Below the pieces are notes generated by a model, which did no database searches, had not been told where the DNA came from, and saw only the letters and a program-made list of their open reading frames with translations. From a virus (taxonomy: Duplodnaviria > Caudoviricetes), in IMG/VR virus record IMGVR_UViG_3300006467_000134, positions 32,001 through 96,000 of that record: a stretch of DNA of 64,000 nucleotides. One strand, given 5' to 3'. How positions within the stretch are numbered: position 1 is the stretch's first letter; each line of letters begins with the position of its first letter. Made by a program: the position numbers and the translations under genes. Shown piece after piece: positions 57,131-64,000 of the stretch.

Positions 57131-57207
57131 ATGGCTGCCATCATCAGGCACTGCCCACCACGGTCAGTGCGAAACAAGGCAGTCCGAAGACTGCCCTGCT
57201 TTTCGGC
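57131..57207 (-). ncRNA. Type II hammerhead ribozyme (HH2), predicted cleavage UUC| between 57171 and 57170
   Basis: GCC-GAAA-AGCAGGGCAGUC(UUCG)GACUGCCUUGUU-UC|GCACUG..CAGUGC-CUGAUGA-U-GGC; loop GUGGU can pair with downstream GCCAU. Confidence 0.85.
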
Positions 57208-57209
57208 TT

Positions 57210-57875
57210 TTATTCAGGGAAATTTAGGTAGGCAAATTCACCAAACAGCTCTTTTGCTTTTTCATCATAAGCCTTTGCAGCTTCCAGTGCTGTATTGAAC
57301 CTACCAAGATGGTGAATTTTTCCCTTATGCTGGAGTCTAGCAATATATTGATACTTGGTTTTGTTCTTCATTAGGCGTTTAGTTACTCCTTTATAACCAG
57401 ATTTACAGTTTTTCTGCGGACCTGAATTTAAAACGTTTTGAGTCAAAGAGCATAAACGCAAGTTCGACTTTCTATTGTTTAGTGGGTTTCTATCAATATG
57501 ATCCACTATTTCATCGGGAAGAAGGGATCTTCCTAAAGAAAGCTCCATTACCAATCTATGAAGTTTCGTCGGTCTGGGTCTATGTGAAAAACCGTACCCA
57601 TTTTGTAGGTGCCAGTTCTGCTTATAAAGTGTATCCCAATATTCGGGATCTACCAAAAGCTTATCTCCTGCTTTAGTGTATATAACAGATTTATCTTCTT
57701 GATCTGGAAAATTCAAAGGGAGATAAGGACTAATATCTTTGGCCTTTTTATCGTAGGCTCTGGCAGCTTCCTCAGGGGTTGGAAATGTGCCAAGATAATG
57801 GCGTTTCTTGTCTACTTGAATTTCAGCGGCAAATTTCCCATCTTTTTTGGGCCATACACCACGTAACTTTTTCAT
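57210..57875 (-). CDS. HNH homing endonuclease with two AP2 DNA-binding domains
   Basis: AP2 (YLGTF.TPEEAARAYD..LNFP), HNH (LHRLVM...DHIDRNPLNNRKSNLR), AP2 (SGYKGV...LGRF.TALEAAKAYD...GEFAYLNFP). Confidence 0.92.
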   Translation of the reverse strand: MKKLRGVWPKKDGKFAAEIQVDKKRHYLGTFPTPEEAARAYDKKAKDISPYLPLNFPDQEDKSVIYTKAGDKLLVDPEYWDTLYKQNWHLQNGYGFSHRPRPTKLHRLVMELSLGRSLLPDEIVDHIDRNPLNNRKSNLRLCSLTQNVLNSGPQKNCKSGYKGVTKRLMKNKTKYQYIARLQHKGKIHHLGRFNTALEAAKAYDEKAKELFGEFAYLNFPE

Positions 57876-57889
57876 TTTACTTCCTTTGT

Positions 57890-57962
57890 AACCTATGACT
57901 CATCAGGAGGCTTTCGGTCGATAGCCTCGACTAAGAAGACAGTAAGTCTTCTTAGTTTCGTC
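57890..57962 (-). ncRNA. Type II hammerhead ribozyme (HH1), predicted cleavage GUC| between 57929 and 57928
   Basis: GAC-GAAA-CUAAGAAGAC(UUACU)GUCUUCUUAG-UC|GAGGCU..AGCCUC-CUGAUGA-GUC; loop GACC can pair with downstream GGUU. Confidence 0.9.
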
Positions 57963-57989
57963 TTACTTGAAATTATCAAGTATTTAAAC

Positions 57990-59048
57990 CTAACTAGGGT
58001 CAGTCGGGTTGTGATTAACTGGAGCCGTACCAGCCGAGCAGATGCCAGTAGCTGGCGTTCCGCACAGACGCAGGTTCTTAACCAGGACAACCATGTCAGG
58101 GTTTTCAACCATGAAGTCAGCTTCCCACCACATGGTGTATTCGAAGCTGTCACAACGAGGCTTACGTTCACGCTCAATCGACAATTCGCGACCGGTAACG
58201 TAGATCAGGTTGCTCAATGGCGTGTAAACCATGTAAGTACCGTCAGTTTCCCCGCCACCATTGTCCAGGTTTTCTGGCCAGTTGTTAACGCGGAAGACAG
58301 ATTCACCAAGTGGGTTGACGCCTTGGCCGCCACTCAGGATGATCTGATCACCCAGGTTGGTAGCTCGGCTGGTCAACTGCTGTACCCATCGGTTGTACAG
58401 GCGAGGACCCAGTACCCATCGATACTGATCCAATTCGCTCAAATACTCAACAGGGATGCGGTTCTGGATTTCGAACAACAGTTCGGTAGAGATACCAGCA
58501 CCAGCAGCGTCGATAATTTGGGTGGAGGGAACGCAAGACTTCAACAGACGGATGAAACCGTCGTTAACGCCCAACAGGTTGTTCAGATCGGATTGACTGT
58601 CGCCAGTAGGAATAGCGGTGTCGCCCATAACAGCGGCACGTTCCATGTCAACAGCAATACGCTTCTGGAATTGACCCAGCAACGTTTGGGTTACTTGCTC
58701 CCGTTCGACGTTGTAACGCAGGAAGTCACTCTTTACCGAAAAGAAGCTTCCATACTTTTCCAAGTCGTAGGTCAGCATCGAGTCGGTAGGACGAGATTCC
58801 TGAGGGCAGCTCGTAGCATGAGCACCCTGAGAAACAACACCACCGAGGTCCAGACGGTGGATCTTACCTTTACGGTTGTCCACTCGCATGGTACGAATAT
58901 TTTGCAACAGGTTTGAGGTGTTGCGAACCATGTCGAAGAAACGGTCGGACTGAGTCCGATCCAACATGGCGTTAGGGTTGGTTGCTTCGCTGATCGGGAT
59001 TTGACAGCCCTTAATCAGATCAACCATTTCAAGTTTGCCACTCATCAA
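57990..59048 (-). CDS. Major capsid protein (HK97 fold)
   Basis: LDRTQSDRF....NTS.LL; DME..A..GD; NDGF; position after protease/scaffold. Confidence 0.9.
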   Translation of the reverse strand: MMSGKLEMVDLIKGCQIPISEATNPNAMLDRTQSDRFFDMVRNTSNLLQNIRTMRVDNRKGKIHRLDLGGVVSQGAHATSCPQESRPTDSMLTYDLEKYGSFFSVKSDFLRYNVEREQVTQTLLGQFQKRIAVDMERAAVMGDTAIPTGDSQSDLNNLLGVNDGFIRLLKSCVPSTQIIDAAGAGISTELLFEIQNRIPVEYLSELDQYRWVLGPRLYNRWVQQLTSRATNLGDQIILSGGQGVNPLGESVFRVNNWPENLDNGGGETDGTYMVYTPLSNLIYVTGRELSIERERKPRCDSFEYTMWWEADFMVENPDMVVLVKNLRLCGTPATGICSAGTAPVNHNPTDPS

Positions 59049-59057
59049 GTGTTTTCC

Positions 59058-60518
59058 TTATACGAAAAATTGGCCGAACAAGTCCTGGTCAGTCACTTCG
59101 CCGCTGTCGCCCTTAGCGACTTCTCGGCGTTCCTCACGGTTGGTCAAGTTGATCTTCAGGAGACCAGACAGATCATTCAAGATTTCACTCTTGATGGCTT
59201 CTGCCAATTCTTCTGCGGATTCTTGAGCAGGTGCTGACTCTTGCTTAGGGGGATCTTGTTCTTGTTCTTGAGAGGGCAATCGAGCTTCAAAAGCTTCGAA
59301 TCGCTTGTTGAAGTCATCCTGCATTTTAGCCAACTGGGCTACCAGGGCATCATTTGCAGAAGGTTCTTGTGTTGGTTCTTGAGTTGCTTCAGCAGCTGGT
59401 TCAGTGGCCTTAGCAGGTTCTGCAGGAGCAGCCTGTAGTGCTTCAAAATCAGCTTCTTGCAAATCAATGTGTACAACTTCTTGCTTTGCTGCTTCACCTT
59501 CTTCATTGGTGATTTCTTCCGACTTCAGAACTTCCTTTTTGCAATTTGGGAAGTACTTGTCGATCAGACCTTCATCAACCAGGCAGACTCGCAAGGACTT
59601 AACTACTTGAGTTTCTTCACTCACAGTGTTATCCTCTACTGGAATATCATTAAGTTCGCCGACTTGCTCGGCATTAGAAGAATCATGATCTAATCGTGCA
59701 GCAGTGACGACCGAAACATCACCTAGCTTAACTAGGTAACTCTTTTCGATGTCAAACTGAGCCTGGTCTTGAACCACAGCAAAGTAGTCCGTGTCATTCT
59801 CAGTGATGGATGTATATTCAATTCCCCGAGCCTGTAAATAAGCTTTCGCTACATCAACAGTTGGGTAGTAACTCTTGGACAGTTTGAATTTGATAATCTC
59901 AGTAGGCACAGCCTCAGAGGTTTCAAAATCAACAGATTTTCCAATAGTCAGGGCAGACGAAGTGTGCTGCGGCATGTGTACGATACTGATTTCCTTGAGG
60001 TCAATCATCTTCAGTAGGTCATAAGGTTGTCCGATATCGACACCTTTAACCAACTGAACAAGACCACGCCAGGAAAATGCACCTAGATGCCCTTTCAGTA
60101 CTTCCTCTTTGGCCAAATCATTTGTTACTTCTGCAACAACAAAGAGTCCGCGGTCACCGACTTTCAAATCGGGGTAGCGTTTTACAGGAAGTCGATTAAT
60201 GACTTCCATGTTTCTAGCAGAAGAGATAACAAACTCATCGTCCTCTTGGTCGGAAATAAAGGCAGCTTCAGCCTCCCTGACTACACCTGCAGAAACATCA
60301 TTCCCGTGAGGGTCTTTGATGAACTTGTGATCCCGCAGCAAAGTACCAGTGTTGAGAAATGTGTCAACATTGAACTCGGAAGCAGGAGCGAAGTGATTTT
60401 GTCGATCAGGAGACTCAACAGAAGCAAAACCCTTAACGAATACCGACTGATCCGATTCTTGAATGTCCGCAGCTAACGCTGAAGAACCTTCAATCATTTC
60501 GTAGGTTGGTAGAGACAT
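59058..60518 (-). CDS. Prohead protease fused to scaffold region
   Basis: VKGFASVESPDRQ, LLRDH, GAFS, EISIV..P; acidic Ala/Glu/Pro-rich C-terminus. Confidence 0.85.
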   Translation of the reverse strand: MSLPTYEMIEGSSALAADIQESDQSVFVKGFASVESPDRQNHFAPASEFNVDTFLNTGTLLRDHKFIKDPHGNDVSAGVVREAEAAFISDQEDDEFVISSARNMEVINRLPVKRYPDLKVGDRGLFVVAEVTNDLAKEEVLKGHLGAFSWRGLVQLVKGVDIGQPYDLLKMIDLKEISIVHMPQHTSSALTIGKSVDFETSEAVPTEIIKFKLSKSYYPTVDVAKAYLQARGIEYTSITENDTDYFAVVQDQAQFDIEKSYLVKLGDVSVVTAARLDHDSSNAEQVGELNDIPVEDNTVSEETQVVKSLRVCLVDEGLIDKYFPNCKKEVLKSEEITNEEGEAAKQEVVHIDLQEADFEALQAAPAEPAKATEPAAEATQEPTQEPSANDALVAQLAKMQDDFNKRFEAFEARLPSQEQEQDPPKQESAPAQESAEELAEAIKSEILNDLSGLLKINLTNREERREVAKGDSGEVTDQDLFGQFFV

Positions 60519-62275
60519 TAAGTTTGCTCACTTTCAGGATCAACATTATCATCCGTAGATGGAGGAGTATCCTGCGTTTGAGTCGCTGTTTGGTCTACAG
60601 CAGTCGTTGGTAAATCATTTAAATCCTGAATCTTCAAAATCTGTCCACCAGATGTGCGGAGGAAGTTAACATTACCACCAGGAATGGATTCCATTCCAAG
60701 GTTAGTACGAACTTCATTGATATCCTTAACACCATTCAACAAGTACATTTGATCAACTTCAGCCTGCATTCGCATATCGCGAACATCGTAAGGATCAAAC
60801 TTGATGTAGCTGTGAATAATTCCCAGGCCTTTAGAGAGTAGCCTGTAGATTTGGTTTTGCCAGTATTTCTGGCGAGGTGTTACGATACGATCTTTGTACA
60901 GTTCAGCTTGAGACAATCCTTTACCTGAGCCAAGCTCTGCGGACTCAGCGATACCAAGAATTGCTGGGCTTGTTCCATGAGCTACCTGAATAGCTTGTGA
61001 GTTTGCTTTGTAAGTCTCAAGGAAGTCTGCTTCCTTTCGATCAGCCTCAACTCGTTCGAACTTTACAGAGACAGTCTTTCCGGCTCTATGTGGAATCGCC
61101 AATACCATTGTCTTATGGTATTGACCACGTACTTCCTTCGAAAAGTATTCCGTAATCGTCTTGCGGAACTCTGCATCGACATTGGCACCCTCAACAATAA
61201 CAGCATATCGTGGTACTGTATTGTTGTCGAAGAATTGACTAGTATAGTCTTTGATTCGGGTGTTCGTTTGAATCGCTGAGAGAGCTGGTATTGCATCACA
61301 GAAGCCATAGTAGATAGTATTAGGGTGTGAGTTAACTAACCACAAAACTTCATTTGCTGATTCCAAGACATTATCAGTAGTTTCTCCAGTTTTTGGATCT
61401 ACGAGGTTCCACTCGGCTTTAGCCTTATCCAACGGCCCGTGCTTGACTGGGTCGTACGGTTCATAATAATCACGTTTCTTGGATCCGACTTTAATTGATT
61501 TTCGTACACGAACCTTCTCACCGAAATTCTGATAGTAGGTATATTGCGTTGTACCATTGACATCGCTCTCCTCTACAAAACCTTCCCAGTTACGAAGGAC
61601 TTTTATCCTAGCAGCCGGAATGTGTTGGATGTGCTCGATCTTTTTCGTGATGGGGTTACGAGTAACCTCGATAGCAGCCCATCCAATAGCTTCCCAATCT
61701 TGGGCTGCATTTCGGAGAACTTCTTCAAATCCCAACCGCGGATTGCAGTCATGGATAAAGGTTCTAATCTCTTCCAGTTCGGAATTGAACAACGACTTTG
61801 GAATTACTTCCTGACCCTCAGCTAGCTGTTCAATCTCGTCGTCCTCGATGACCTTTTTGAAGGAGTCAATCGTGTAGTTTCGATTTACAGCATCTGTGAC
61901 TTTGGTTCGTACTGCTCGGTAGTGAACTTCATTAGTGTGTAAAAGATCAGCTACTTTTCGTGGGCAGTATGGAGGATCAATAACGTGCCATTTACCTTGC
62001 AGAGCATAATGGTAAATGTCTGACTGATTAATCTCATCTGCACTCTGATTTAACCCTTCGATACCTTTAAGAACTTCTGTTCTTTTAAAGCCAGGGATAT
62101 CAATTTCGGTGTAGGTATCCACCTTTCTGGTGGAAAGACCACTCCAAATTTCAGAGATTCCCTTTGCTAGGTCAGCAGATAAGGTGAAGTGAACTTCTCC
62201 GTCAGAGCCTTCAGTAATGAAGCCAGTGACTACAGGCTCTTCGAATTCAGTTGTTTGCTTCATTCTTTTATCCAA
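60518..62275 (-). CDS. Portal protein
   Basis: GWAAIEV.R, HIPA, NEV, YYG, FFDNNTVP, INEVR..LGM..IPGG. Confidence 0.92.
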   Translation of the reverse strand: MDKRMKQTTEFEEPVVTGFITEGSDGEVHFTLSADLAKGISEIWSGLSTRKVDTYTEIDIPGFKRTEVLKGIEGLNQSADEINQSDIYHYALQGKWHVIDPPYCPRKVADLLHTNEVHYRAVRTKVTDAVNRNYTIDSFKKVIEDDEIEQLAEGQEVIPKSLFNSELEEIRTFIHDCNPRLGFEEVLRNAAQDWEAIGWAAIEVTRNPITKKIEHIQHIPAARIKVLRNWEGFVEESDVNGTTQYTYYQNFGEKVRVRKSIKVGSKKRDYYEPYDPVKHGPLDKAKAEWNLVDPKTGETTDNVLESANEVLWLVNSHPNTIYYGFCDAIPALSAIQTNTRIKDYTSQFFDNNTVPRYAVIVEGANVDAEFRKTITEYFSKEVRGQYHKTMVLAIPHRAGKTVSVKFERVEADRKEADFLETYKANSQAIQVAHGTSPAILGIAESAELGSGKGLSQAELYKDRIVTPRQKYWQNQIYRLLSKGLGIIHSYIKFDPYDVRDMRMQAEVDQMYLLNGVKDINEVRTNLGMESIPGGNVNFLRTSGGQILKIQDLNDLPTTAVDQTATQTQDTPPSTDDNVDPESEQT

Positions 62276-63971
62276 TGGTTAGGCAATCTGCCGATAAAGT
62301 ATCTTGGTTCATTTCGTTGTGAGCTAGGATGTCATATACGTCAGCATGACGAGAGTGATCCTGGTTGGATCCAACCCATTCATTCTTTGGGTTGCCTTTT
62401 TTGTCCTCAGTATAATTTCTTACCAAGGCCTTCATTTCCTTTAAGTAATCACCACCGTAGACAAACTCAACACCTTGGGGTAGTTGATTTCTCTTAGACC
62501 TTAGTTGTGCATATCCGCGGTCTAATGCTTCAGTACGATCAATGGAAATGATCATGTCGTTGTAATTGTACTTCTGAGTACGGTCAGTACCCTCACCCAA
62601 GTATTTACAACGCCAAACGACACAATTGGCTTCCTTTTGGAAGTCTTGAGCTAACTTCGACTCAGGGCCTGAGTCAATGACTGCTACCTTGACATTGTAT
62701 CTCTCGATGAGATTGTGAAGGTCAGCCCAGCCAGTAGTTGTATCCAGTTTTCCAAAGAATACTGCTTGTCGCTTACCCTTTACTGATCTACTAATACGAA
62801 CGTCTAACCTACTAGGAGCGACGTCAATACCCATTGAGCAAGGTTCCTCAACACTATCGGATGGTATGTAGGACATCTCAGGAAGATGTACCATCTCGAT
62901 ACCTGTAGCACATTGCTTAAGGAGATCGCCAGTAACAGAGTTACCTTGGGCTGAGAATGGCAAACCAAGACGCATATTGTAAAAATAACGCATCTTGGAG
63001 GGGTTGGTTAACCCAGCCTGAAACTCTGCATAAAGTTCAGCAACGGTAACCAGGGGAGAGACGATAGAAGGAACATGATACCCTTCAATGTTCTCGGGAC
63101 TGTGGGCATGTGGTAGCCAATGACAGTCATCGTCAAAACGTTGAACGATTCCTTCTGAGCAGTGAGGACATTTGATATAAATATCTCTCCCACAACCTGG
63201 CGTCCACTCTTTATCCCGCAGTTGATAACTGACAATGCTGCCAGCACTATCCTTAATAGGATCAACTACAGTTTCAAACCAGTCCATATTACAGAACTTA
63301 CCGCACGAATCACATGGAGCCATCCATCTTCTCTGATCCGACTTCAGAAACATCTGGTGGATCTTACCATCTGGAGTGGATGGGTTCGATAGGTAGATCT
63401 GAAACTTGTACTGGCTGGACGCCAGGCGTGACATTCCTAACTCAACATTTTCCCAGGTTTGTACCTGGTCAGTTTCGTCAACGCAGTAGAGATCGCCGGC
63501 AAATTCAACGAAATCAGACTCTACATTAGCTCCAACAAAGCGAAGCATTCCCTTACCAAAGGACAGAGTGACAGTCGAGTTCATGTTACCATCGCGAACA
63601 ATCGACTGGTATTCAGTAGATTGGTTGATTGGCCTTTTTACCCGTGAAAGTACGTATGATTCTTTCATTTCGTACTTAGGCAAAATACAGAACACATTGC
63701 ACCCACAATATGCAGTTGCTAACATGTTGATGACCATGAATTCAGACTTACAAATCTGAGCAGCTCCCATCAAGACCATGTGAGGGCTTAATGATTCGTA
63801 CCATGCAATGCAATGCTTGAACTTCTGGAAATCCATTGGTTCGTTACGAGTTGTCTTGTGGTACTCAGTTGCGAACCTAATCCTTGTGTTTCGGATCTCG
63901 ATCAATCGTGATAACTTCTTCAGCTCCACTTCGCTCAGATCCAACACTGCGTTCGTCAAGTTGCTCGACAT
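62268..63971 (-). CDS. terL: Terminase large subunit (lambda GpA-like)
   Basis: AAQICKSE (Walker A), VDETD (Walker B), SNPS, SDQRRW..PC..C...CPHC, nuclease MGIDV, DHSRHAD. Confidence 0.92.
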   Translation of the reverse strand: MSSNLTNAVLDLSEVELKKLSRLIEIRNTRIRFATEYHKTTRNEPMDFQKFKHCIAWYESLSPHMVLMGAAQICKSEFMVINMLATAYCGCNVFCILPKYEMKESYVLSRVKRPINQSTEYQSIVRDGNMNSTVTLSFGKGMLRFVGANVESDFVEFAGDLYCVDETDQVQTWENVELGMSRLASSQYKFQIYLSNPSTPDGKIHQMFLKSDQRRWMAPCDSCGKFCNMDWFETVVDPIKDSAGSIVSYQLRDKEWTPGCGRDIYIKCPHCSEGIVQRFDDDCHWLPHAHSPENIEGYHVPSIVSPLVTVAELYAEFQAGLTNPSKMRYFYNMRLGLPFSAQGNSVTGDLLKQCATGIEMVHLPEMSYIPSDSVEEPCSMGIDVAPSRLDVRISRSVKGKRQAVFFGKLDTTTGWADLHNLIERYNVKVAVIDSGPESKLAQDFQKEANCVVWRCKYLGEGTDRTQKYNYNDMIISIDRTEALDRGYAQLRSKRNQLPQGVEFVYGGDYLKEMKALVRNYTEDKKGNPKNEWVGSNQDHSRHADVYDILAHNEMNQDTLSADCLTIG

Positions 63972-64000
63972 CTGTAATCGCCCTTAAGGTCCTAATAGAT

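Noticed and set aside
57172-57200. UUCG hairpin as a simple intrinsic terminator
   Set aside because: The U-tract is weak, and the flanking GAAA, UC, stem I and CUGAUGA place it as stem III of a hammerhead.
57131-57962. Group I intron carrying the HNH gene
   Set aside because: The flanks are only about 100 nt, lack P3-P9 core elements, and no interrupted CDS is evident.
57893-58177. 94-aa minus-strand ORF as a possible frameshifted capsid extension
   Set aside because: It runs through the hammerhead and would be cut by it; I identified no slippery site and the sequence is not protein-like.
58011-58916. 301-aa plus-strand ORF
   Set aside because: Antisense shadow of the capsid gene; no motif or convincing RBS.
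1-64000. tRNA genes, integrase/repressor, reverse transcriptase/DGR, alternative genetic code
   Set aside because: None recognised by eye; core genes are full length under the standard code. A tRNAscan/Infernal run would be needed to exclude RNA genes.

Overview
This window is 64 kb of a tailed dsDNA phage genome, probably a siphovirus with a long tape measure protein. Almost all genes are on the minus strand. Read in transcription order (64 kb to 1), the modules are: GpA-like terminase, portal, prohead protease/scaffold and major capsid protein; an AP2-HNH-AP2 endonuclease; two paralogous head-fibre/decoration genes; an accessory block (CarF/TMEM189-family desaturase, GT9, membrane proteins, papain-like protease); head-tail joining and tail genes with a predicted -1 frameshifted chaperone and a tape measure protein; a Cys/Thr-rich 1013-aa protein followed by a glycosyltransferase cluster; a replication/recombination module (DnaC, DnaB, primase, SSB, PolA, PhoH, SF2 helicase, RecA, nucleases); a Prs-like + Nampt-like pair (NARP1-type NAD+ reconstitution); and small early genes with sigma70-like promoters. 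The main discovery is non-coding. The HNH-AP2 gene directly after the capsid gene is bracketed by two complete, same-strand type II hammerhead ribozymes (57890-57962 and 57131-57207). Both have the catalytic core and a predicted loop I/3'-tail pseudoknot, and together they should cut a 758-nt HNH cistron out of the late mRNA. The second highlight is a phage-encoded CarF/TMEM189/FAD4-family lipid desaturase. A Planctomycetota-like host is only a tentative inference from protein motifs. All calls come from motif reading by eye; no database searches or folding programs were run.
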